DNA of 64,000 nucleotides from Candidatus Latescibacterota bacterium (GTDB taxonomy: Bacteria > Latescibacterota > UBA2968 > UBA8231): NCBI GenBank assembly GCA_965215195.1, contig CBDCDC010000002.1:3488001-3552000 (forward strand), in the 5' to 3' direction. Below are positions 1 to 8,897 of this stretch, piece by piece. Made by a program: the position numbers and the translations under genes. A model generated the notes under the pieces. The model had not been told where the DNA came from. It made no database searches and saw only the letters and a program-made list of their open reading frames with translations. The stretch's first letter is position 1; the number at the start of each line of letters is the position of its first letter.

Positions 1-1
1 G

Positions 2-1102
2 TTTACCATCCTCAACTACGTCAGCGATCATCCCCTCTTTGAGAAGCGCTTCCGGGGAGAGGGGCCGATCCTCGGCGATCTCGAATGGGATGTCAAAGCC
101 TACTTTGCCTTGGGGGGTGCCGTGCATGACGCCGCAGTGGCCGCTTGGAGCATTAAGGGCTGGTACGACTATGTCCGCCCCATTTCGGCCATTCGCTGGA
201 TGGCTGACCGCGGCCAGAGCAGCGATCCCGATCTGCCGCGCTACGACCCGGCTGGCCTACCGCTCATCAACGGCTATATCGAGTTGGTGCAAGCCGACGA
301 TTCCCTCGCCGGCGAGGAGGGCGAGCACCTCGGCAAAATCAAGTTGAAGGCTTGGCGCGGGCCGACTTACATCGCCGATTCCGACACGGACTTGGCCGGC
401 GTCGGCTGGATCTTGGCCGAGAACTGGTGGCCGTATCAACAGCCCACGTTTGTCACCCCGCCCTTTGCTGGCTACATCTCGGGCCACTCCACCTTCTCGC
501 GGGCTGCGGCCGAGGTTTTGACCCTACTCACCGGCGATCCCTTTTTCCCGGGGGGGTTAGGCGAATTTCGTGCCGAGCGCAACCGATTCCTCGCCTTTGA
601 GCAAGGCCCCAGCGTCGATGTGGTGTTGCAATGGGCCACCTACCGCGATGCCGCGGACCAGACCAGCCTGTCGCGTATATGGGGGGGCATCCACCCGCCG
701 GCCGACGATATCCCCGGTCGGGCCATCGGTACCCGCATTGGCGCGGATGCCTTTGCGCTGGCCGAAGCGCATTTCGGGCAACCTGCCACAGCCATAGCCG
801 AGGAGTTCACCGCTGACAGGCCCACCGCGTTCGCCCTGTCCCAAAACTACCCCAATCCCTTCAACAGCAGCACGGCCATTGATTTTGCCCTACCCCACCA
901 AGAGGCCGTGGAGTTGAGCGTGTACACCACCGCCGGCCAGCGGGTGGCCACCTTAGTCCGAGGCGTCCGGGCCGCAGGACACTATCGGATAACTTGGGAT
1001 GGCCGCAACGACGCGGGAGTCGCACTGGCCAGCGGCGCGTACCTGTATCGCTTGCGGATCGGGGCGCAGGAGGAGACGCGGAAAATGTTGTTGTTGCGTT
1101 GA
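2..1102 (+). CDS. Vanadium-dependent haloperoxidase/PAP2-family protein with C-terminal YPNPFN/FlgD-Ig secretion-tail domain (5' partial)
   Basis: Frame is open from the window edge (FTILNYVSDHP...). Active-site motifs PPFAGYISGHS and SRIWGGIH. Tail FALSQNYPNPFN...WDGRND...SGAYLYRL...KMLLLR. Confidence 0.8.
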   Translation, partial: FTILNYVSDHPLFEKRFRGEGPILGDLEWDVKAYFALGGAVHDAAVAAWSIKGWYDYVRPISAIRWMADRGQSSDPDLPRYDPAGLPLINGYIELVQADDSLAGEEGEHLGKIKLKAWRGPTYIADSDTDLAGVGWILAENWWPYQQPTFVTPPFAGYISGHSTFSRAAAEVLTLLTGDPFFPGGLGEFRAERNRFLAFEQGPSVDVVLQWATYRDAADQTSLSRIWGGIHPPADDIPGRAIGTRIGADAFALAEAHFGQPATAIAEEFTADRPTAFALSQNYPNPFNSSTAIDFALPHQEAVELSVYTTAGQRVATLVRGVRAAGHYRITWDGRNDAGVALASGAYLYRLRIGAQEETRKMLLLR

Positions 1103-1109
1103 GAGTATT

Positions 1110-1562
1110 CTAAAACCCACCGCCCTGCGGACCGTCTCCACCCCCCCGCGGCCCACCGCGCTGGCGCTGCTGCTGGCGCTGTTCCTGCTGCAGATGCGCT
1201 TTTAAGGCTCCGATCTGCTCGGCGTCTAACGCCGCGGCGAGTGCGGCCATGATCTTGTCGCGCATCTTGGTCTGCTGCTGGCGCATTTTCTCGCGCATGG
1301 CCCGAAAATCAACCTCGCCGCTGAACATTTCCGCCAACATCTGCTGTTGCTCAACGTATAGCGGCCTAAGTGCCTGCCGCAGCGCGAGTACCTGCTCGTC
1401 AGTCACATTGAACTTCTCGTCAAAGGCCAGTAGGGCAAAAATCTGCTCCGGTGCCATGCCGCCGCCCATGCCGCCACGCCTACCCCCGGGCTGAGCTTCG
1501 AGCACCGCGGCGCTCGACAAACCAATAGCGACAACCCATAAGGCCACTTTGCGAATGCACAT
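1110..1562 (-). CDS. Secreted helical protein, Spy/CpxP-like
   Basis: AGGAG upstream of ATG 1562. Signal peptide, Gly/Met-rich N-terminus, VTDEQ and LDAEQ (LTxxQ-like) motifs, Q/R/G-rich tail. Confidence 0.55.
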   Translation of the reverse strand: MCIRKVALWVVAIGLSSAAVLEAQPGGRRGGMGGGMAPEQIFALLAFDEKFNVTDEQVLALRQALRPLYVEQQQMLAEMFSGEVDFRAMREKMRQQQTKMRDKIMAALAAALDAEQIGALKAHLQQEQRQQQRQRGGPRGGGDGPQGGGF

Positions 1563-1629
1563 CTCACGGTTCTCCTTGCAAAAAATTTTGAGGGACACTA
1601 CGGCGAATTAGACACTGCCTCGCCGCGAT

Positions 1630-1809
1630 TCATTCCCGCGCTTTTGCGGCGGTTGATCCGACACCTTCCGCGGGCAACCCGAATACCGAGAACAGGGTGG
1701 ATTTACCGGTGCCGTTCGCGCCGACGAGGATGGTGAAGCGAGGTATGTTGCACATCTCCACGTCCTTGAAGACGCGAAAGTTCTTTATCCGAATTTGCTC
1801 GATCTGCAT
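1630..1809 (-). pseudogene. Truncated N-terminal fragment of an AAA_21/OLD/SMC-like ATPase
   Basis: Manual translation MQIEQIRIKNFRVFKDVEMCNIPRFTILVGANGTGKSTLFSVFG...* (59 aa). It has the IxNFR strand and Walker A, then stops. Confidence 0.7.
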
Positions 1810-1843
1810 GGGCTATTACCGAGGGATTTTTTGTTCCGTCGGC

Positions 1844-3262
1844 TCAGTACGTCCACTGCCGCGGCAGCGGCCGCTCGCGCTCTAGCAACCGCTCTAGCAG
1901 CCGCTTGCGGACCGCTTGCAGTTGAGTGGCGTACGCGCTATCGCCCGCCACGTCTTGGTAGGCCAGCGGGTCGCGCTCCAAGTCGAAGAGTGCCTCCGCT
2001 CCGCCGGCATCCACCACGTAGCGCAAGCCCTCCACGCGCAGCGTTTTCCAGTGTCGCTCGGGCAGGGTCATTTCCGCAATGGCGCAGCCGGGGGCGGCGG
2101 CTTCCTCGCCGCGCAGGTCGGCCAGCAGGGAGCTGCCTTGCAATGCAGCCGGCCGCTGAATTGCGGCGGCTTCCAGCAGCGTCGGCACCACGTCTAACGC
2201 CTCGACGATGCGGGAGCAATGCCCACCGGCTCTTGCTCCGCCGGGCCAACGCATTAGCAGGGGGACGCGCGTGACCGCGTCGTGCCCGGGGTAGCCCTTG
2301 CCGTAGCGCAGATGTTCGCCGAGCCACTCGCCGTGGTCGGACGTGAAGACGACGATGGTGTTGTCCGCAATGCCGAGCCCGTCGAGCTGGTCGAGGATGC
2401 GGCCGACGTGGTGATCCACCTCGGATACCATGGCGTAATAGCCGTGGCGGGCGGACCGCAGTTCGTCGTCGGAAAAGTGCTGTGGGCCTCGCCGGGCGTC
2501 GAGGGCCGGGGGGAAGGGCGGCAACGTCAGAGCGGCTGGATCGTAGAGATCGAGGAATTCTTGGGGGGCCACCCACGGGTCGTGCGGCGAGTAGAAGCCG
2601 GCGATGCACAGAAAAGGGCCGTCCCTATGGCGCGTCAAAAATTCCATAGTCTGCTCGGCGACAAACGCCGTGTGGGTCAGGTCGCTGCGGCAGCGGCTGG
2701 CCAAGGCGCACTTGACAAAGCGCTCCGCTGGATGCGCGATCCCGTCGCGGACGTTCATAATCCGCTTCCACTCGATTGAACTGGGTGCCTCGCCGAGGCT
2801 AATGCGGTCGAGTTGCTCAGGGGCCTGCGCCGCCACCCAAGCGCGGTACGCATCGTGGTACGAACCCGGCTCGTCCGAGATTTCCAAGTGGTCGAACCCG
2901 TAGTCGGGATGGGGTTGGCGGTGGTCGCGGTTGGCATGCGGCAGGAAGTGCAGCTTGCCAATCTGGCCGCTGCAATAGCCGTAGTTGCGCAGCAGGCGCG
3001 GCAAGGTCGGCGCGTCCGCGGGCACGGGTACGCCCATGTGCGAAAGCCCTAGCGTGGATGGATACTGCCCAGTGAGAAAGCTCACCCGGCTGGGCATGCA
3101 GACCGGATTCTGCACAAAGCAGTGGTCGAAATTGACCCCGGCCGCAGCGAGCCGGTCTAGGTGCGGCGTATGGATTTCGGAGTTGCCGTTGACGCCGAGG
3201 GCGTCCCAGCGCTGCTGGTCCGTGTAGAGTATGAGGATATTCGGTCGCTGCATGGTTGACAT
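1844..3262 (-). CDS. Sulfatase (FGly-dependent, Cys type)
   Basis: PNILILYTDQQRWD, CMPSR..LTG, GKLH, FTSDHG motifs. Confidence 0.92.
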   Translation of the reverse strand: MSTMQRPNILILYTDQQRWDALGVNGNSEIHTPHLDRLAAAGVNFDHCFVQNPVCMPSRVSFLTGQYPSTLGLSHMGVPVPADAPTLPRLLRNYGYCSGQIGKLHFLPHANRDHRQPHPDYGFDHLEISDEPGSYHDAYRAWVAAQAPEQLDRISLGEAPSSIEWKRIMNVRDGIAHPAERFVKCALASRCRSDLTHTAFVAEQTMEFLTRHRDGPFLCIAGFYSPHDPWVAPQEFLDLYDPAALTLPPFPPALDARRGPQHFSDDELRSARHGYYAMVSEVDHHVGRILDQLDGLGIADNTIVVFTSDHGEWLGEHLRYGKGYPGHDAVTRVPLLMRWPGGARAGGHCSRIVEALDVVPTLLEAAAIQRPAALQGSSLLADLRGEEAAAPGCAIAEMTLPERHWKTLRVEGLRYVVDAGGAEALFDLERDPLAYQDVAGDSAYATQLQAVRKRLLERLLERERPLPRQWTY

Positions 3263-3304
3263 GAGTTCCTTGGGGATGCCGTGTGGATGAAACCAGAAAG
3301 CCGG

Positions 3305-3463
3305 CTATGGCTCGGTCTGGGTCGGCTTCTGCTTGTCACGCGCCGACTTTCGCCGGCCTCTAAACAAAAAGTGCTGCGGAAAATCCGGGCCGATGAGCGG
3401 ACTAAGCGGGAACCAAAGCAGCGCGTGGATGACCTTTATCACAATGTGTACGGCGCGTTTCAT
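3305..3463 (-). CDS. Putative small protein (52 aa)
   Basis: GGAGGAG just upstream of ATG 3463. MKRAVHIVIKVIHALLWFPLSPLIGPDF...; co-oriented with both neighbours. Confidence 0.45.
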   Translation of the reverse strand: MKRAVHIVIKVIHALLWFPLSPLIGPDFPQHFLFRGRRKSARDKQKPTQTEP

Positions 3464-3528
3464 GCGCTCCTCCAGTGATTATTTGATTGCGAACCGCAGG
3501 GGCAGACCTAGGTGTCTGCTCTGATAGG

Positions 3529-4140
3529 TTACTTTTTCTCGGCAAAGAGTTGCTCGGTCACCGCCGCCATCAGCTCCGGCCCGTCGCTTTGGCGAAAGAG
3601 GAAACGCACTTTGCCCTGCTGATCGATCAAGTACGTGTAGGTTGAGTGATCGACCAAATACGACGCGGTCCCCTCCTCGCCGAGCGAGTAATGCGCACCA
3701 TACTGGCGCACCACTTGGTCGATTTCCTCCTTATCGCCGTGCAGGCCAATCGCATCAATGGCGAAGTAGTCGAGGTATTCCGCCAGCTTCTCCTGCGTGT
3801 CGCGCTTGGGGTCAACGGTGACGAAGAGGGTCGTCAGCTCTTGCTGGCGCCCGTCTAAGAGCTGATAGACGCGGCCCATCTTCGACAGGGTCACCGGGCA
3901 GATGTCCGGGCAATAGGTGTACCCGAAGAAGAGCATGGCACCTTGGCCGCGCAAACTTTGCAACTCAAAGCGCACACCGTGCTGATCCACGAGCGCGAAG
4001 TCGCCGCCAATGCCGCCGAAATCCTGCAAGGGAGGGACCTCTACCGGCGCGGGGGTTTCGTTTTGGGCCTCTCGCTGAGCACCGCAGGCTGCGAGCAGCG
4101 CAAAAATCGCGCAATAGATCAGCGCGTCAATCGCCCTCAT
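3529..4140 (-). CDS. SCO family copper chaperone (lipoprotein)
   Basis: FFGYTYCPDICP (CxxxC), VDPKRD, VDHS, lipobox LAAC. Start taken at ATG 4140. Confidence 0.9.
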   Translation of the reverse strand: MRAIDALIYCAIFALLAACGAQREAQNETPAPVEVPPLQDFGGIGGDFALVDQHGVRFELQSLRGQGAMLFFGYTYCPDICPVTLSKMGRVYQLLDGRQQELTTLFVTVDPKRDTQEKLAEYLDYFAIDAIGLHGDKEEIDQVVRQYGAHYSLGEEGTASYLVDHSTYTYLIDQQGKVRFLFRQSDGPELMAAVTEQLFAEKK

Positions 4141-4564
4141 AAAGACCTTTCTTCCGCACCGGCATCTGGATGCGCCTTTCCGTTCCATCGCCAAAGCGCA
4201 GCACCAGCTCCACCTCATCGCCATCCCGCAGCGGCCGGCGCAATTCCATCAGCATCAGGTGGGCAGCGCCCGGCTTCAGCGCAACCTCTTCGCCCGCTGG
4301 GATCTGTATCCCTGCGACTTGGCGCATCGTCATCCGGTCGTCTTTGTATTCCATTAGGTGTATCTCGGCTTGCTCGGCAGCTTCGGTTGCCACCGCAACC
4401 AACTCAACGGATTCGCCGCCCCGGTTTTCGATGACCAAGTAACCCGCGGCCGGGCTGCGAGGGGGCGGCTCCCGGATCCAAGCGTCGCGCACGACGATGG
4501 GGTCGCCGGTATGCTCTTGCCCGCATCCGATGACGACGAGCAACAGCGCAGAGACGATTTTCAC
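4127..4564 (-). CDS. Copper chaperone PCu(A)C
   Basis: DAWIR, AAGYLVIEN, EIHLM...MTM, LKPGAAHLML. GTG 4564 has an AAGGA RBS. Confidence 0.88.
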   Translation of the reverse strand: MKIVSALLLVVIGCGQEHTGDPIVVRDAWIREPPPRSPAAGYLVIENRGGESVELVAVATEAAEQAEIHLMEYKDDRMTMRQVAGIQIPAGEEVALKPGAAHLMLMELRRPLRDGDEVELVLRFGDGTERRIQMPVRKKGLYEGD

Positions 4565-4578
4565 CAGCGCGTTCCTTT

Positions 4579-5799
4579 TTACGCCGGGGGCGCGATCAGA
4601 TACTCGCCTTCGCGGATCCCATAGCTGTCGCCGAGTTCGGGATACGCGACCCCCGCTCGGCCATTCCAGTCCCAGACCACTTCGCCATCCTTGACCGTCA
4701 GCTCGCAAAACAGGCGCTTGTGGCCGTCCAACCGGCCGCCGAAAGAATCCGCGTATCCAAAATCCCCCTCCATCAGCTTCAAGACTGCTACATCGGCCAC
4801 GGCCCCCACCGACAAGTGCCCCAGCTCGGGGTGACCAATCTCCCGCGCCGGATTGAGGGTTGAGGCGCGAATGACCTCGCCGAGCGGCATGCCCATCACC
4901 AGAAATTTCGACATGGTCGTCGCCATGTCGAGCATACCCATATTCATGCAGAGGGTGTGCAGGTCGGTCGAGATCGAGTCTGGATAGAAGCTTTGGGCGA
5001 TGGCAGGGACTGCGTTGCGGAAACAAAAACTGCCGGCACCGTGCCCCACGTCCAAGACGACGCCCCGTGCCCGCGCCCCGTGCAGGTAGGGCAGCACTTT
5101 GCCCTCTGCGTCAAACCACGGCGTTGGTCCGCGGAAGATGTGGGTGCTTATGTCGCCCGGGCGCAGTTTTTCGCCCAAGAGCTGGTAGTAGGGCCGCTCC
5201 TTTCTGAAGTATCCAAAGTCGATCATCACCCGCGTCGCGGCCTTTTCGGCGGCCGCGAGTGTGCGCTCGACAGAAATCCATTCCGGGCCTATGTAGTGCG
5301 CCGTCTTGATGCCTACTACTACGTCTTCGTTTTCTCGCGCCACGCCCGCCGTCTTGTCGGGATCCATGTCGTGCGGATTCTGCTCGTGGTCGATAGAGGT
5401 CATCCCGGTGCCGGCGATGTTGACCAGCGCGAAGAGCCGCGTCTGGCAGCGGTCGATTACCCGATAGCGAAAGTCCGCAAAGTTGCGCCAGCCCGCGCTC
5501 CCGGTATCCACCAGCGTCGTCACCCCGGTGCGGAAACTAAAGCCATCGGGCAAGATGCTGTTGTCGCCGGCCCACGTGTCGCGGTGGCCGGCCGTGGCAT
5601 AGGCGTGGATGTGGATATCGACCAGCCCCGGCGTCACGTAGAGTCCGCTCACGTCGAGGACCTGCCCGGCACCCTCAATCGGCAAATCCACATCTACGGC
5701 CGCAATCGCCTTCCCCTTGACGCCGATGTCCTTGGGCGCGTCAATGCCGTTCTGGGGGTCAATCAAATGACCGCCCTTGAGTACGAGATCAAACTGCAT
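4579..5799 (-). CDS. Amidohydrolase/deacetylase family metallohydrolase (dihydroorotase-like)
   Basis: PGLVDIHIH, GVTTLVDTGSAG, GIK, DVGHG, ISTD, GAVADVAV motifs. Confidence 0.88.
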   Translation of the reverse strand: MQFDLVLKGGHLIDPQNGIDAPKDIGVKGKAIAAVDVDLPIEGAGQVLDVSGLYVTPGLVDIHIHAYATAGHRDTWAGDNSILPDGFSFRTGVTTLVDTGSAGWRNFADFRYRVIDRCQTRLFALVNIAGTGMTSIDHEQNPHDMDPDKTAGVARENEDVVVGIKTAHYIGPEWISVERTLAAAEKAATRVMIDFGYFRKERPYYQLLGEKLRPGDISTHIFRGPTPWFDAEGKVLPYLHGARARGVVLDVGHGAGSFCFRNAVPAIAQSFYPDSISTDLHTLCMNMGMLDMATTMSKFLVMGMPLGEVIRASTLNPAREIGHPELGHLSVGAVADVAVLKLMEGDFGYADSFGGRLDGHKRLFCELTVKDGEVVWDWNGRAGVAYPELGDSYGIREGEYLIAPPA

Positions 5800-5901
5800 G
5801 GTGAAATTTCTCCGAGAATTTGATAAGAATTAAAAGATAAAAAACGGCGCCCCAGTCTGCTACGCGCCCAGCAGTCCGGCCTCGGCATTGGGGCCGCAAC
5901 T

Positions 5902-6942
5902 TCAGGCCGGCGACTCCACGTGCGAGGGCAGATTGCGCGTAAACCGCGCAAACAGCACTTTGAGCGCGACGTCGCTGTGCGCTACAAGGCTGGTCGCGAT
6001 CGCGGTGGCCCAGACGCTGCGCCGCGAAATTTTGACCTGCTGTCCGCTGGTAAAATCCGCGTGGGCGTGGATGCGGCGCAGCGTCAGTACGGCCATGCCC
6101 AAGGCCCAAAGGCAGAACCGGCGAATGCCTGTTTCGCGCCCGGGGATGAGCAACGTGAACGCCAGCGCATTGCCGAGGTGCATCCGGGCCAAGCCGATCA
6201 GCTTGCTCAGCGCCGTGCGGAACGCGGGATGCGTCTGGCCGGCCTCGAGCGAGCGCAGATCAAACCCGGATTGCTGGAACACGTCTCGCGGCAGCCAACA
6301 CGCGCCGTGCGCCCGGTCGTCCCAAATGTCCTTGAGGATGTTGGTCATCTGCAAGCCTTGGCCAAACGACACGGCGAGCCGCAACAACTTCTTGCGATGG
6401 CGGTTGATTTCCGCCGAATAGTCGCAGAACAGCTCGGTGAGCATCTCCCCGACGACGCCGGCGACGTGGTAGCAATAGCGGTCGAGATGGGGGAGGTCGT
6501 CTAGGCCTTTGAGGCCCGGGCTTTGCTGAAACTCGGCCATGCCGCGCGACATGATCCGCACACAGCGCACAAGTGCGGCGCGCTGCCGGTCGGAAAACCC
6601 TTGGGTGAGCCGCAGCACCCGCGGGGTATTGGCCACGAGCTGGCGTTCGCCGAGCAGCATGCTGTCGGACAGGCGCGGCGCAAGCTGCTCGGCGAATGGG
6701 GCGGGCGGCTCCTCGCCCGCGACGACCCGGATGAATCGCTCGGAAAACTCGCGTTTCCCGCTAGCCGAGAGAGTCGGCTCATCCTCGATGGTGTCGGCAA
6801 TGCGGCACAGCAAATACGCGTTGCCTACTACATCGCGCAGGCCCGGCGGGAGCTGCGGAATGGTGAGTGCGAATGTGCGCGAGACCTCTTGCAGGGTCGC
6901 GTGCTGCCACGCGAGATCAGCGGCATGTTCGTCTGTCGTCAT
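5902..6942 (-). CDS. Squalene/phytoene synthase family, SQS (farnesyl-diphosphate farnesyltransferase) type
   Basis: VSRTFALTIPQL, YLLCRIADTIEDE, YCYHVAGVVG, FGQGLQMTNILKD, VKISR. Confidence 0.88.
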   Translation of the reverse strand: MTTDEHAADLAWQHATLQEVSRTFALTIPQLPPGLRDVVGNAYLLCRIADTIEDEPTLSASGKREFSERFIRVVAGEEPPAPFAEQLAPRLSDSMLLGERQLVANTPRVLRLTQGFSDRQRAALVRCVRIMSRGMAEFQQSPGLKGLDDLPHLDRYCYHVAGVVGEMLTELFCDYSAEINRHRKKLLRLAVSFGQGLQMTNILKDIWDDRAHGACWLPRDVFQQSGFDLRSLEAGQTHPAFRTALSKLIGLARMHLGNALAFTLLIPGRETGIRRFCLWALGMAVLTLRRIHAHADFTSGQQVKISRRSVWATAIATSLVAHSDVALKVLFARFTRNLPSHVESPA

Positions 6943-7145
6943 GGGTAGTCAGCCCTAAAGGGGCGGTGAGGCTCGAAGCATTTTATAATAATTGCCCTGT
7001 CGTTCTGGGTAGGGAATAACGATTGTTACAAGGCACCCGGGCGCAACGTCAGATTATAACATAAAACTTATAGATAGCTACTTATAACGAAATCGGCCCT
7101 CCGCGTCCATTGCCGCGAACGCATCTTCTATTGCGATAAAGTGCT

Positions 7146-7757
7146 ATGGAAATAGACCTTAATCACCGATTAAAAGGCGTCAACTACATCGAATCGCCCA
7201 ACCAAGGCGGCCCATTTGCCCCTGACGCGCTCGACACAATCATCATTCACTTTACGGCCACAGCCAGCGCCGAGGCGGCCATTCACACCCTCTGCGACGA
7301 CAAGCGCGAAAACAAGGTCTCGGCCCATCTAGTGGTGGCTCGCGACGGCGCAGTGACGCAGTTGTTGCCCTTTGACATCATCGGCTGGCACGCTGGCGTG
7401 AGCCAGTGGGGGACGCGCTCGGGGTTCAACAAGTATGCAATCGGCATCGAGATCGATAATGCCGGCCAGCTTTGCGAGCGGGATGGCTGCTACGAGTCGT
7501 GGTTTGGGCAAATTTACCCGCCCGAGCAAGTGGTGCGCGGCGTACATCGCAACCAGTCGGTGTCCTCCTACTGGCACCGCTACACAAGCGAACAGCTAGC
7601 GGTCGTCGAGGCAATTTGCGCCGCCCTGATCCAACGCTACGGCATCCAGCACATTCTCGGCCACGAGGAAATCGCCCCCTCGCGCAAGGTCGATCCCGGC
7701 CCGGCCTTTCCCCTCGATTCCATGCGCACCCGGCTCTGCGGCCGACCCCTCGCCTAG
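7146..7757 (+). CDS. N-acetylmuramoyl-L-alanine amidase (Amidase_2, AmpD-like)
   Basis: IIIHFTA, VSAHLVV, WHAGVS, IGIEIDN, ILGHEEI..RKVDPG. Confidence 0.9.
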   Translation: MEIDLNHRLKGVNYIESPNQGGPFAPDALDTIIIHFTATASAEAAIHTLCDDKRENKVSAHLVVARDGAVTQLLPFDIIGWHAGVSQWGTRSGFNKYAIGIEIDNAGQLCERDGCYESWFGQIYPPEQVVRGVHRNQSVSSYWHRYTSEQLAVVEAICAALIQRYGIQHILGHEEIAPSRKVDPGPAFPLDSMRTRLCGRPLA

Positions 7758-7904
7758 GATCGGGCATCTTCGGCAATGGAGACGCGTCGGGAGCTGATTT
7801 TCCCTGTTAATCCTTTCGGTTATATTCGCCCTTGTCACGCCTGCTGTCTCGCCTGAAGGCGCGGTGAAGTCGGCAGGACAGGCGCGGTGAATCCCCTCTA
7901 ACCC

Positions 7905-8897
7905 GTGGAAAGCGCGAAACCTTTGGTAGTGCCCGCCATTGATGTCCGCGAATTGAGCAAGACCTATGCGGTCCCCGTGCGCGAGGGCGGCTTGGCCGCG
8001 GCATTCAAGAGCCTCGTGCAGCGCCAGACGCGCCAAGTCGAGGCCGTCAAGAAGATCAGCTTTGAGGTCGCTCCCGGCGAAATCGTCGGCTTTTTAGGGC
8101 CTAATGGCGCGGGCAAGACCACCAGTCTCAAGATGCTTTCGGGCCTCCTGCACCCCTCCGGCGGACGGGGACGAGTCCTCGGTTTTGATCCGTTCAAACG
8201 GCAGCGCGACTTCCTCCGCCAGATCACCTTGGTGATGGGCAATCGCAACCAGCTACTCTGGGACATCCCCGTAATTGACTCCTTTGAGCGCAACCGGGCC
8301 ATCTACCGGCTAGAGCGGGGTGCGTACCGGCAAACGGTCGAAGAATTGACCGCACTTCTCGACTTAGACGCGTTCCTCGACAAGCCCGTGCGCAACCTCT
8401 CCTTGGGCGAGCGCATGAAGTGCGAAATTGCCGCCGCGCTTCTGCACAAGCCGCAAGTCCTCTTCCTCGATGAGCCGACCATCGGCCTCGACGTGACCAT
8501 GCAGCGCCGGATCCGCGCTTTTTTAACCGAATACAATCAGCGCTACGGTGCCACCGTGCTCCTCACTAGTCACTACATGGCCGACGTCGAGGCACTGTGC
8601 AAGCGGGTGGTGGTCATCCACCGCGGCCTACTGCTCTTTGACGGCCAGCTCACCGAGCTTGTGCAGCGCTTCTCACCGCACAAGACGATCATCGTCGAAC
8701 TGGAAAACGGGCACGGAGACCTCGGCGACTATGGAGAGATCGTCGCCAGTAGCGAGGGGCGCGTATCGCTGCGGGTGTCCAAGGCGGAGACGGCGCAGGT
8801 GACCGGGCGGCTCCTCAGCGAACAACCCGTTCTCGATCTGACGGTGGAGGACCCGCCGATTGAGGACGTGATCGAAGAAGTTTTTGAACGCGCATGA
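7905..8897 (+). CDS. ABC transporter ATP-binding protein
   Basis: Walker A GPNGAGKT, signature LSLGERM, Walker B LFLDEPTIGLD. Confidence 0.92.
   Translation: MESAKPLVVPAIDVRELSKTYAVPVREGGLAAAFKSLVQRQTRQVEAVKKISFEVAPGEIVGFLGPNGAGKTTSLKMLSGLLHPSGGRGRVLGFDPFKRQRDFLRQITLVMGNRNQLLWDIPVIDSFERNRAIYRLERGAYRQTVEELTALLDLDAFLDKPVRNLSLGERMKCEIAAALLHKPQVLFLDEPTIGLDVTMQRRIRAFLTEYNQRYGATVLLTSHYMADVEALCKRVVVIHRGLLLFDGQLTELVQRFSPHKTIIVELENGHGDLGDYGEIVASSEGRVSLRVSKAETAQVTGRLLSEQPVLDLTVEDPPIEDVIEEVFERA

Noticed and set aside
1697-1885. Plus-strand 62-aa ORF (MDLPVPFAPTRMV...)
   Set aside because: It is the antisense shadow of the ATPase fragment and the end of the sulfatase.
4957-5823. Long plus-strand 288-aa ORF
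   Set aside because: It is antisense to the amidohydrolase, has no motifs, and is a typical high-GC shadow ORF.
6960-7140. Repeated TTATA motifs in the squalene synthase/amidase divergent region
   Set aside because: They are short and irregularly spaced, and cannot be told apart from ordinary AT-rich promoter sequence.
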